The translations under genes and the position numbers were made by a program. Shown piece by piece: positions 1-8,546 of a stretch of DNA of 34,899 nucleotides. This DNA is from Candidatus Margulisiibacteriota bacterium (lineage in GTDB: Bacteria > Margulisbacteria > WOR-1 > O2-12-FULL-45-9), in contig JBDRHP010000045.1 of assembly GCA_043816785.1 (NCBI GenBank), forward strand, positions 1 to 34,899. Direction: 5' to 3'. The number at the start of each line of letters is the position of its first letter. Within the stretch, counting starts at the first letter, position 1. A model generated the notes under the pieces. That model was not told the origin of the DNA, did not search any database, and saw only the letters and a list, made by a program, of their open reading frames with translations.

Positions 1-1
1 C

Positions 2-685
2 CGTTTAAAACCCTTGACCAAGGTAACCAATAAGCATCTATTGCCAGTCGGCCGCAAACCCATGATCTATCATCCAATTGAGAAATTGATCGGGGCGGGC
101 ATTGAAGAGATATTAATCGTCACAGGGGTTGAGCATATGGGCGATGTAGTTGGGCTATTAGGCAGCGGCAAGGATTTTGGCTGCCGCTTCACTTATAAGG
201 TCCAGGATGAGGCGGGTGGGATTGCCCAGGCATTGGCTTTGGCTGAAACGTTTGTGGGAGACGATCTGTTGGCTGTTATACTTGGTGATAATATATTTGA
301 GGATGACCTTAAGCCTTTTGCAGATGCTTTTAAGAAACAAAGAACTGGTGGCAGGATCCTGGTCAAAGAGGTTCATGACCCAGAACGCTTTGGGGTGATT
401 GAGATCAAGGCCGGCAAGATTGTCTCGATTGAAGAAAAACCCAAGAAACCCAAAAGTAAATTCGCTATTACTGGCGTGTATTTTTATGATTCCAGGGTCT
501 TTAAGATCATACAAGGGCTTAAACCTTCTGGCCGGGGAGAATATGAGATATCGGATGTCAATCGAGTTTATATGAAGAAGAAACAATTGACTTATGACAT
601 CTTGAGCGGCTGGTGGACAGATGCCGGGACTTTTGAGTCGCTGGAAAAGGCGACCTTGCTATCTGAAGGAAGGATCAAATTGTAG
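2..685 (+). CDS. rmlA: Glucose-1-phosphate thymidylyltransferase (short RmlA/SpsI type), 5' end cut by the window edge
   Basis: Frame is open from base 2 (RLKPLTKVTNKHLLPV, the tail of the GxGTRLxP motif). It has LGDNIF, EEKP, SGRGEYEISD and WWTDAGT motifs and lies directly upstream of rmlB. Confidence 0.9.
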   Translation, partial: RLKPLTKVTNKHLLPVGRKPMIYHPIEKLIGAGIEEILIVTGVEHMGDVVGLLGSGKDFGCRFTYKVQDEAGGIAQALALAETFVGDDLLAVILGDNIFEDDLKPFADAFKKQRTGGRILVKEVHDPERFGVIEIKAGKIVSIEEKPKKPKSKFAITGVYFYDSRVFKIIQGLKPSGRGEYEISDVNRVYMKKKQLTYDILSGWWTDAGTFESLEKATLLSEGRIKL

Positions 686-706
686 GGACAGGGCTTGTCC
701 CTGTCC
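682..706 (+). repeat. GTAG-type REP-like palindrome
   Basis: GTAG (682-685) is followed directly by a perfect 8-bp stem, GGACAGGG (686-693) / CCCTGTCC (699-706), with a 5-nt loop. The TAG is also the rmlA stop codon. Confidence 0.65.
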
Positions 707-723
707 GGACATTTTGTTTGTTT

Positions 724-783
724 TGTCATGCCCGACTTGATCGGGCATCCAGTTTCTGGATCCCCGCCTTTGCGGGGATGACA
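724..783. repeat. GTCAT...ATGAC double-hairpin palindromic element (REP/RPE-like dimer)
   Basis: Outer inverted repeat TGTCAT (724-729) / ATGACA (778-783). Hairpin 1 is ATGCCCGA-N5-TCGGGCAT (728-748), hairpin 2 is ATCCCCGC-N4-GCGGGGAT (760-779), and the centre is ATCCAG-TTT-CTGGAT (747-761). Confidence 0.75.
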
Positions 784-796
784 CAAGGAGAATGAC

Positions 797-1807
797 ATGA
801 AATTATTAGTTACGGGTGGCGCCGGGTTTATCGGCAGCAACTTTATTCGCTATATTCTGGCCAACTATCCTGATGACCAGATCATTAATTTTGATAAGCT
901 GACCTATGCCGGCAACCTTGATAATTTAAAAGATTTGGCAGGGGATTTGCGCTATAAGTTTTATAAAGGCGATATTTGTGACGCTAAAGCAGTTGAGACA
1001 GCCCTAGGTTTGGTCGATAAGGTTGACGCGATCATTAATTTTGCCGCGGAGAGCCATGTTGACCGGTCGATCCTTTCTGGTGGTGATTTTGTCCAGACAG
1101 ATGTTTTTGGCACCTATGTTTTGCTCGAAGCGGTAAAAAAACATCAGATAGGCCGTTATATCCATATTTCTACTGATGAAGTCTACGGCAGTATAGAAAA
1201 GGGCTCATTTACTGAAGAGTCACCGTTAAAGCCTAATTCTCCTTATGCAGCTTCAAAAGCTGGCGGAGATCTTCAGGTCAGGGCTTACCATAAGACGCAT
1301 AGATTGCCGGTTATTATTACTCGCTCCTCAAACAATTATGGCCCTTATCATTATCCGGAAAAGATCATTCCTTTATTTATTACAAACGCTATCCAAAACA
1401 AGAAGGTTCCTCTTTATGGTGACGGCAAGAATGTGCGCGATTGGCTTTATGTCGAGGATAATTGTGTTGGGATCGACACTGTTTTAAGGAAAGGCAAAAT
1501 AGGCGAAATTTACAACATCGGCGGCGAAAATGAAGTGACCAACATTGAACTGACCAAATTGATCTTGAAGAAATTGGGTAAGCCCGAGAGCTTGATCGAA
1601 CCTGTCAAGGACAGGCCAGGGCATGATCGGCGCTATTCTATTGATTGTTCTAAATTAAAAAAACTTGGCTGGAAACAGAAAACTGATTTTGAAGCTGGCA
1701 TCAAGAGAACGGTTGCCTGGTATTTGCAGCATCAAGACTGGTGGAAAAACATCAAAGAGAAACAAGCTGATTTCAAAAAATTCTATAAAGATTGGTACTC
1801 TAAATAA
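797..1807 (+). CDS. rmlB: dTDP-glucose 4,6-dehydratase
   Basis: TGGAGFIGSNF, DKLTYAGN, AAESHVDRSI, STDEVYG, PYAASKA and DRPGHDRRY motifs. Shine-Dalgarno AAGGAG at 785-790. Confidence 0.97.
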   Translation: MKLLVTGGAGFIGSNFIRYILANYPDDQIINFDKLTYAGNLDNLKDLAGDLRYKFYKGDICDAKAVETALGLVDKVDAIINFAAESHVDRSILSGGDFVQTDVFGTYVLLEAVKKHQIGRYIHISTDEVYGSIEKGSFTEESPLKPNSPYAASKAGGDLQVRAYHKTHRLPVIITRSSNNYGPYHYPEKIIPLFITNAIQNKKVPLYGDGKNVRDWLYVEDNCVGIDTVLRKGKIGEIYNIGGENEVTNIELTKLILKKLGKPESLIEPVKDRPGHDRRYSIDCSKLKKLGWKQKTDFEAGIKRTVAWYLQHQDWWKNIKEKQADFKKFYKDWYSK

Positions 1808-1820
1808 CCCCTCAGCCCTC

Positions 1821-1848
1821 TTGACAATTTAGCTTGGTCAGTTATAAT
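1821..1848 (+). promoter_or_regulatory. sigma70-type promoter
   Basis: Exact TTGACA (1821-1826) and TATAAT (1843-1848) with a 16-bp spacer, in the 74-bp gap before the regulator gene. Confidence 0.8.
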
Positions 1849-1875
1849 GTTCATGCGTTGAACAATGCTTGAACA
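1848..1875. promoter_or_regulatory. Putative operator: TGTTCA-N5-TGAACA plus a third half-site
   Basis: TGTTCA (1848-1853) / TGAACA (1859-1864) inverted repeat over the predicted start site. TTGAACA recurs 11 bp later (1858-1864 and 1869-1875). Confidence 0.65.
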
Positions 1876-1881
1876 TCAGTC

Positions 1882-2403
1882 ATGGTTAATGAGAATGAAC
1901 ATAAAATTGTTGATGTTATCTCTAGGGAAAGTAAGTTAACCCAGAGGGAACTTTCAAAGAAAACCAAGCTTTCTCTTGGGGCTGTGAACATAATCCTCAA
2001 ACGCCTTGTCAAGCGAGGTATCATCAAGGCAAAAAATCTTAATCCTAGAAAGGTTGAATATCTTATTACTCCCAAAGGTTTCTCCGAAAAGGCTAAAAAA
2101 TCCCATAACTATGTTCTAAAAACCGTTAATTTGGTTAAGGCCGTGCGTGAGGAGATCGCTAAGATTGTATTGGACGAGTATAATAAGGGCCAGAAACGCT
2201 TTGTAATCCTGGGTAATGATGACCTGGCGGATATTGTTGAGTTGGCATTAAAAGGCTTTGATTATGAGCGGGTCAATGATATTGGTCAGATCAAAGACAG
2301 GAATTCTTTGGTTTTGACGGGTGGCAATAATCGTCGGATTTACGATACCCGTCACATTAATATTGCCGAGAGACTTGGCAAAATCTATTGGGGAGTCGAT
2401 TGA
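1882..2403 (+). CDS. Winged helix-turn-helix regulator, MarR-like EPS-associated type
   Basis: LTQRELSKKTKLSLGAVNIILKRLVKRG helix-turn-helix followed by YLITPKGFSEKAK. First gene of a polysaccharide operon. Confidence 0.85.
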   Translation: MVNENEHKIVDVISRESKLTQRELSKKTKLSLGAVNIILKRLVKRGIIKAKNLNPRKVEYLITPKGFSEKAKKSHNYVLKTVNLVKAVREEIAKIVLDEYNKGQKRFVILGNDDLADIVELALKGFDYERVNDIGQIKDRNSLVLTGGNNRRIYDTRHINIAERLGKIYWGVD

Positions 2404-3839
2404 TGAATAACGCTCAGAAGGTTTTAGGTAATTTCCTGTCATTATTCACCTCTGAGGCGGTGACAAAGCTATTCACCTTTGCAGTAGTTATTTATTTAGC
2501 CAGGGTTTTAGAACCAGCTGGTTTTGGAGAGCTAAGTTTTGCCATGGCGATATTTATGTATTTTTATATGTTCAGCACCTTGGGTCTTGATATTCTTGGC
2601 ACACGAGAAATTGCCAAGGATAAGGACAATGTTTTTGAGTATGTTTGCGAGATAGGGTTGATTAAGATTTCTTTAAGTCTGGTTTCCTTTGCTTTACTGA
2701 CAGGTTTTATTTTTATCTTTTTCCCTTCCAGTCAGATGCGTTGGTTAATCCTTTTTTATGGTTTGTCTCTTTTTCCTATGGCCTTGTTGTTTGAGTGGGT
2801 TTTTCAGGGTATTGAAAAGATGCATTTTATTGCTTTCTCTAGGCTGATTTCTAGTTTAGCTTATTTGCTAATGATCTTTTTTCTGGTTAAGAGTTATGGT
2901 CAGCTGTTGTATGTGCCGTTGCTTTATTTCGTTGCTAATTTACTGGCAGCAACCTTCTTGCTGTTGTTTTTATTCAGTATTTATCGGAAAATCAGTTTTA
3001 AAATTGATCTGTTAAACTTAAAAAAGACACTATTTTTTGCGCTTCCCATAGGTGTCTCTTTTGTCCTAGCTCAGGTCTATTACAGTTTTGATGTAGTTAT
3101 GCTTGGTTTTATGAGAAACAGTGTTGAGATTGGTTATTATAATGCCGCTTTTAAGATCTATTTGTTTTTAGTCCTGTTTGCTGGAATTTATCATTCTGCC
3201 ATGTTTCCCCGGATATCACGCTTATATCAAGAGAGTCCGGAAAAGCTCCCTGATATTTATACTCGCTCCAATAGAATCCTGGCGCTGGTAGCTGTCCCCT
3301 TAATGTTTGGGGCTATTTTGCTAGCTGGGAAAGGCATGCGTTTACTATATGGGGAAATTTATTCGCCGGGGATATTGGCGTTGCAGATATTGCTAGGTGG
3401 CATTGTGCTGCAGTATATCAATACTGGCTATCACCGCGGGCTCTTAGCCTGTGGCAAAGAACGCTGGTATTTTATCGGAGTGCTTGTTCCTGTGTCAGTT
3501 AATATTTTGTTAAACTTTATTTTTATCCCGTTATTTGGATTGTATGGCGCGGCTGTTGCTACTTTGTTGGGGGAAGTTTCCGCGCTGATAGTATCCTACA
3601 TTGCATTTAACAGGATAGTTACAGCGCCTTTCCTGCCTCAGTTGGTAAGGCCTTTAATTGCCAGTTTGGTTATGGCCTTATGCCTGATTGCCGGGCTTAG
3701 GCTGGGATTGGGGCTTGCCTGGTTAGTTCTTCTGGGTGGAAGTGTTTACCTGATTGCTCTTGCTTTTGTCAAAGGTATTTTGTTGGAAGATTTGTTCTCT
3801 GTACGGGCAATACTTTTTAGTTCAAGAGAAGGGGCCTGA
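2403..3839 (+). CDS. wzx: Wzx/RfbX-family oligosaccharide flippase
   Basis: Highly hydrophobic throughout, with YLARVLEPAGFG, DVVMLG..EIGYYNAA and LNFIFIPLFGLYGAAVAT motifs. The ATG at 2403 overlaps the upstream TGA. Confidence 0.92.
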   Translation: MNNAQKVLGNFLSLFTSEAVTKLFTFAVVIYLARVLEPAGFGELSFAMAIFMYFYMFSTLGLDILGTREIAKDKDNVFEYVCEIGLIKISLSLVSFALLTGFIFIFFPSSQMRWLILFYGLSLFPMALLFEWVFQGIEKMHFIAFSRLISSLAYLLMIFFLVKSYGQLLYVPLLYFVANLLAATFLLLFLFSIYRKISFKIDLLNLKKTLFFALPIGVSFVLAQVYYSFDVVMLGFMRNSVEIGYYNAAFKIYLFLVLFAGIYHSAMFPRISRLYQESPEKLPDIYTRSNRILALVAVPLMFGAILLAGKGMRLLYGEIYSPGILALQILLGGIVLQYINTGYHRGLLACGKERWYFIGVLVPVSVNILLNFIFIPLFGLYGAAVATLLGEVSALIVSYIAFNRIVTAPFLPQLVRPLIASLVMALCLIAGLRLGLGLAWLVLLGGSVYLIALAFVKGILLEDLFSVRAILFSSREGA

Positions 3840-3840
3840 A

Positions 3841-5292
3841 ATGAAGGTTTTGTTGGTTAATCCATATTTTGGCAACCTGGTTTATGCGCCAACACTTGGT
3901 CTGGCCTACCTGGCAACATATATTAAAGAACAGAGCGGGTGCGAGGTCGAGGTGCACGAACCGGTCAATAACTTCTTGAATGAACGCGAACTTTTGGAAA
4001 AAGTTAAGCAGGCTGATTATCTTGGCCTGGTCTGCTATACGGAATCACGTTTTCTGTGTTTTGACTTTGCAGAAAAAGCTAAAAAGGCAAATCCGCACTG
4101 TAAGATTGTTGTTGGCGGGACCCACGCGACGGTGCTGGATAAAGAAATCCTTAAACACTATCAGTTTATTGATTATGTTGTGAGAATGGAGGGCGAAACC
4201 GCCCTGCTGGCTGTTATCAAGGGCGAGCCTTTGGACCAGATCCCAAATCTAACCTGGCGATCAGGGGATAATATTGTCAGGAATCCTGATAAATGCCTGC
4301 GCGGAACGATTGACCAATTCCATATTGATTATTCCCTGATCTGGCCTGAGATCCACCAATGGAAGGATGATGAGATCCCTCATTACTTAAAAAAACTTAA
4401 GCATTTACCTATTATTGCCTCCCGGGGTTGTCCTTTTCAATGTGCTTTCTGTGCTGCTCATCGCCAATGGCTCGGTACCTGGCGGGGAGAGGACCCGGAG
4501 AAACTCGTCAACCGGATGAAACAACTGGTCGAAAAGTACGGCATTGGTTATTTCAGGTTCTATGATGCTCTTTTTATAGGCAATGAAAAATATGCTTATG
4601 AGTTTTGTGAACAGATCGAAAAACAAGGTTTGAACGTCAAATTCCGGATTGACATCAGGGCAGGCACCAGCACAAAGGTACTCAAGCGGTTAAAAGAGGC
4701 CGGCTGTGAGATCATTGGTTATGGCATCGAGAGCGGCTCAGAAAGGATCTTAAAACGCATTAATAAAAAAACGACCCGCGCCAAGGTTGTAGAGACGCTG
4801 GAAGTTTGCCGTTCGCTGGGCTATTGGGTGGTTGGTTTTTTTATGATGTCCCTGCCGGATGAGACCTGGGATGATTTCCAGCAAACGCGTGAATTGATCA
4901 GGTATTTTGATGTTTTTAATCTTCAATTCTTCAAGATCCATCCTAACACTTCGTTCTATGATGAATTAACGGCCCGCGGGGAGATCAATGATGACGTTTG
5001 GTTCGATAAAAGGCACAGTAGCGAGATCTTTTACAGTAAAGAGCAATTCCCCAGCGCCAATTTCTACAGGAGCGATATTTATCCCATTGAAAAATCAATT
5101 TATCACTGGTACAAGCTTAGAAAACCTCTGATCACCCTGCGAAAAGATGGTTTTGGCAAAGGGGCAGGCACCCTCTTGATTTCATTGCTGCAATTATTAA
5201 TGATGAGCAATCCGATGACGGATAATTTGTTAGACAAGATCAAGCAAAGCGGGTTGGGTAGAATTATGAGGTCTCGTAAATTTATGAAATAG
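3841..5292 (+). CDS. Cobalamin-binding radical SAM protein
   Basis: N-terminal B12-binding-like domain (PTLGLAYLATY, VVGGTHAT, EGE), SRGCPFQCAFC CX3CX2C motif, GIESGSERIL. Likely start is the ATG at 3841. Confidence 0.9.
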   Translation: MKVLLVNPYFGNLVYAPTLGLAYLATYIKEQSGCEVEVHEPVNNFLNERELLEKVKQADYLGLVCYTESRFLCFDFAEKAKKANPHCKIVVGGTHATVLDKEILKHYQFIDYVVRMEGETALLAVIKGEPLDQIPNLTWRSGDNIVRNPDKCLRGTIDQFHIDYSLIWPEIHQWKDDEIPHYLKKLKHLPIIASRGCPFQCAFCAAHRQWLGTWRGEDPEKLVNRMKQLVEKYGIGYFRFYDALFIGNEKYAYEFCEQIEKQGLNVKFRIDIRAGTSTKVLKRLKEAGCEIIGYGIESGSERILKRINKKTTRAKVVETLEVCRSLGYWVVGFFMMSLPDETWDDFQQTRELIRYFDVFNLQFFKIHPNTSFYDELTARGEINDDVWFDKRHSSEIFYSKEQFPSANFYRSDIYPIEKSIYHWYKLRKPLITLRKDGFGKGAGTLLISLLQLLMMSNPMTDNLLDKIKQSGLGRIMRSRKFMK

Positions 5293-5336
5293 GGCTATTG
5301 CCATGCATGAGATGAGCGGCAATTAGTTTGGGTAGA

Positions 5337-7832
5337 ATGAAATTAATGGGAGAATTCGATTTGAAAAAATTAGATAGTCACCATGGCACATCTGTCCGTG
5401 ATGTGCTGCTGCTATTGTTATTGTTGGTCTTGGCAGCTGTTGCTTTTTCAAAGGTTATAGTATCTCCTGATCAAATGTTATACTCGGTCCATCATCGCCT
5501 TGAATATACTGTGATCCCGGACACGAGTACTTCATACTATCCCTGGCGTTATTATGCCAGCAATGTTTTTGGGAGTTGGGATTCCCTTTCTTGGCTTCCC
5601 TATACCTTTTGTGGTGAACCTTTTATGGCGCATCCGCAGGTCGCGATGTTCTACCCATTTAACATGCTTCTTTTTTCTGTTTTTTCTAGCCATTCAGCTT
5701 TTGGCTATGGGGTCATTTTACATTTGTTCCTGGGCGGGGTATTTATGTATTTTCTAGTGAGATATCTGCGCCAGGGCAGGATCGCTTCCATAATATCGGC
5801 GATAATATTTATGTTTGCTCCATTCTTTATCGCTCATGTTGATCATTATCCGATGATCTGTACAATTGCTTGGTTGCCGCTGGTCTTTCTCGTTTTTCTT
5901 TATGCTTTGGATAAAACCTCAATATTTTGGGGTATGATAGCAGGCATATTCTTTGCTTTACAGGCCCTGGCCGGTCAAACACAAATCCTTCTTTACACGG
6001 CATTCATGATGTTTTTATTTGTGCTATACAGGTTCTTTTGGAGGCTAAAAGAAAACAATTGGAATCTAAGAGAGAAGGCGCAGTGGAATTACCTTATCAT
6101 TTTTGTCTTATTACTGATAATTGGCGGATTATTATCAGCTGTGCAGTTCATACCTGCTTATGAACTTTCAAAATATACGACAAGGGCGGAATGGGGGTAT
6201 AAATTGGCAACAGCTATCTCGCTTCCACCCCAGAACCTATTGATGTTGCTTTTACCCCGCATTTTTGGCAGTCCTTTTGATGGTACTTTTTGGAGCGGGG
6301 ATAATTATGTTGACCTCTGCGCGTACATAGGGTTATTCCCGTTGTTGTTAGCCTTGTTTGCTGCAGTCTTTAGAATAAGGAATAAATATGTGGTTTTTTT
6401 CTCATTATTGGCTCTATTTTCACTTCTGTTTTCTCTGGGAGGCTATGCGCCATTTTATTGGGTCCTATGGAATTTTTTGCCGGGGTTCGCTATGTTCCGC
6501 TATCCTTCAAGATTTCTGATTTTATTTATCTTCTCAGCTTCTATATTGTCCGGCTTTGGGTACGATTTTTTGGTAAAAGGCCTGGACAATGAGCAAAAAG
6601 CGAAGATTTTCCGCTTTAGTCAAATATTTTCTTTATTGTTATTGTTGCTGGCAAGCATCATCGCGTTAATGTTTTTTTACAGAGAGACGATCGTCGTTTT
6701 AGGTAAAAATATTTTAACCAAGATGTATATCATATATTCTACCAAAGCTCGATTGCCGCTCAACTATTATCTTCCCAAGATTAACCTGCTTTATTCTCAT
6801 ATTATTAAAGATTTGTTGGCTTTGTTTGCGTTCTCTTTGATCTCGGCTTTGCTTCTTGTCCTTTGGGCCAAAGATATAATTAAACTGAAATATTTTAATA
6901 TTGCCGTGCTGCTGTTTATAATATCGAATCTTTGGTTTTACAACTGGGGATTCATTCAGACTAAAAGTCTGGCAGAGGTCTATAATGAACCCGAGGCCGT
7001 CACCTTTATGAAAAAAGACCGTGAGATTCTGCAGGGAGTCTGCCGCTTTTATAACCATGATTTCATGGCTGAACAACCGGGATTAAAAGAGGCAGATATC
7101 TTAAGAGAGATCCCTGCCAATTTTCATATTATATATGGAATGTATGGACTTGGTGGAAGATGTGCTTATAATTTGGCTCGTTATTCGGATTTTTATGGTT
7201 CTATGCGCAACTTGTCGAACAACAATGACCATCCGATACTTGATCTTTTGAACGCGAAGTATGTCCTGACAAAGGAGAGATTGGGGCACAGCGGATTAAG
7301 AATGGTGTATGCAAAGAAAGGGGCTTATGTTTATGAGAACTCAAATGTCCTCCCTAAGGCGTTCTTGGTTCACGAAGCAAAGGTGTTGCCATCGATTGCA
7401 GGGGTATTGAAAGAATTGAATGCTGGTGGTTTCATGGCAAAAACTCGGGTCCTCTTAGAAGAAGCTCCACCGGCTGAAATATATGAGAGCGATCTGCCTG
7501 AAAGCGTGAGGATTGAGCAGTACTTGCCAACTGGGATTTCAATAAAGGTCAAGGCTGCTTCTCCGGGCTTTTTGATCATCAGTGAAAATTGGTATCCCTC
7601 TTGGCAGGCGTCAATAAACGGCAAGCCAGCCAAAATTTACAAGGCATATCTCACTTTAATGGCTATATATGTGGAAAAAGGAGAGCACCTGGTCAGATTT
7701 TCACACAGATCGAGCTCATTAAGGGCAGGTACGGTCATCACGATTGCCACAATCGGTTTTTTAATCGCGACGATCTTTCTTGCGGTAAGAAGAAAAAAAG
7801 GGAACAATGATAGTAGCGCGAAAGGAGCATAG
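5337..7832 (+). CDS. YfhO-family multi-pass membrane protein (GT-C fold glycosyltransferase-like)
   Basis: W.PY.FCGEPF.A.PQ...FYP N-terminal motif, many TM helices, FRYPSRF, LLNAKYV, LPKAF and ISENWYPSWQA.ING C-terminal motifs, final TM anchor. Start may be 5328, 5337 or 5346. Confidence 0.85.
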   Translation: MKLMGEFDLKKLDSHHGTSVRDVLLLLLLLVLAAVAFSKVIVSPDQMLYSVHHRLEYTVIPDTSTSYYPWRYYASNVFGSWDSLSWLPYTFCGEPFMAHPQVAMFYPFNMLLFSVFSSHSAFGYGVILHLFLGGVFMYFLVRYLRQGRIASIISAIIFMFAPFFIAHVDHYPMICTIAWLPLVFLVFLYALDKTSIFWGMIAGIFFALQALAGQTQILLYTAFMMFLFVLYRFFWRLKENNWNLREKAQWNYLIIFVLLLIIGGLLSAVQFIPAYELSKYTTRAEWGYKLATAISLPPQNLLMLLLPRIFGSPFDGTFWSGDNYVDLCAYIGLFPLLLALFAAVFRIRNKYVVFFSLLALFSLLFSLGGYAPFYWVLWNFLPGFAMFRYPSRFLILFIFSASILSGFGYDFLVKGLDNEQKAKIFRFSQIFSLLLLLLASIIALMFFYRETIVVLGKNILTKMYIIYSTKARLPLNYYLPKINLLYSHIIKDLLALFAFSLISALLLVLWAKDIIKLKYFNIAVLLFIISNLWFYNWGFIQTKSLAEVYNEPEAVTFMKKDREILQGVCRFYNHDFMAEQPGLKEADILREIPANFHIIYGMYGLGGRCAYNLARYSDFYGSMRNLSNNNDHPILDLLNAKYVLTKERLGHSGLRMVYAKKGAYVYENSNVLPKAFLVHEAKVLPSIAGVLKELNAGGFMAKTRVLLEEAPPAEIYESDLPESVRIEQYLPTGISIKVKAASPGFLIISENWYPSWQASINGKPAKIYKAYLTLMAIYVEKGEHLVRFSHRSSSLRAGTVITIATIGFLIATIFLAVRRKKGNNDSSAKGA

Positions 7833-7835
7833 ATC

Positions 7836-8537
7836 GTGAAAGTAACATTATTGGTTTTCACTTTGAACGAACTTGAGGGGATGAAGGCAATCATGCCGCG
7901 GATCAAAAAAGAATGGTACGACCAATTGATCGTTGTGGATGGCAAATCCACTGATGGGACGATCGAATACGCAAGGCAACAAGGTTTCCAGGTGCACGTT
8001 CAGAGCAAAAAAGGCATCAGGCATGCATATATCGAGGTCTTTCCCAAGATCCTTGGGGATGTTGTTGTTACGTTCAGCCCCGATGGAAACAGCATCCCAG
8101 AATTGATCCCTTTACTGGTGGAAAAAATGAAAGAGGGTTACGAAATGGTTATTGTCTCGCGATATGCTAAGGGGGCCAGGAGTGACGATGATGATCTAAT
8201 TACCAGATTCGGGAATTGGATGTTCACTAATATTATCAATCTATTGCACGGCGGCCATTATACCGATGCCATGGTCATTTTTCGGGCTTACAAGAAAGAT
8301 CTGTTTTACAGATTGGATCTTGATAAAGAAGAAAGTTATGCGCCAGAAAAGCTTTTCCGCACTGTAATGGGTGTTGAGCCATTGTTATCGGTAAGATGCG
8401 CAAAAAGAAAACTGCGCGTAGCTGAAATCCCGGGCAGTGAGCCGCCAAGGGTCGGTGGGACAAGGAAGTTGCAGATTATTAGATGGGGAGCTTCATATTT
8501 GTTGCAAGTCTTTAAAGAGCTGTATTATTGGCGATAA
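7836..8537 (+). CDS. GT2 glycosyltransferase, dolichol/polyprenol-phosphate sugar synthase-like (short form)
   Basis: TLNE, VVDGKSTDGT, SPDGN (DxD variant), VIVSRY, YTDA...FRAY and EIP..EPPR.GG.RKL motifs. Confidence 0.88.
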   Translation: MKVTLLVFTLNELEGMKAIMPRIKKEWYDQLIVVDGKSTDGTIEYARQQGFQVHVQSKKGIRHAYIEVFPKILGDVVVTFSPDGNSIPELIPLLVEKMKEGYEMVIVSRYAKGARSDDDDLITRFGNWMFTNIINLLHGGHYTDAMVIFRAYKKDLFYRLDLDKEESYAPEKLFRTVMGVEPLLSVRCAKRKLRVAEIPGSEPPRVGGTRKLQIIRWGASYLLQVFKELYYWR

Positions 8538-8546
8538 GGTGTGATT

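Noticed and set aside
592..840. 82-aa minus-strand ORF containing CHPRKGGDPETGCPIKSGMT
   Set aside because: It is the translation of the palindromic repeats plus antisense rmlA and rmlB sequence, not a credible gene.
5297..5323. ATTGCC/GGCAAT inverted repeat in the gap before the YfhO-like gene as a terminator
   Set aside because: Only a 6-bp stem with a 15-nt loop and no good U-tract, which is too weak to call.
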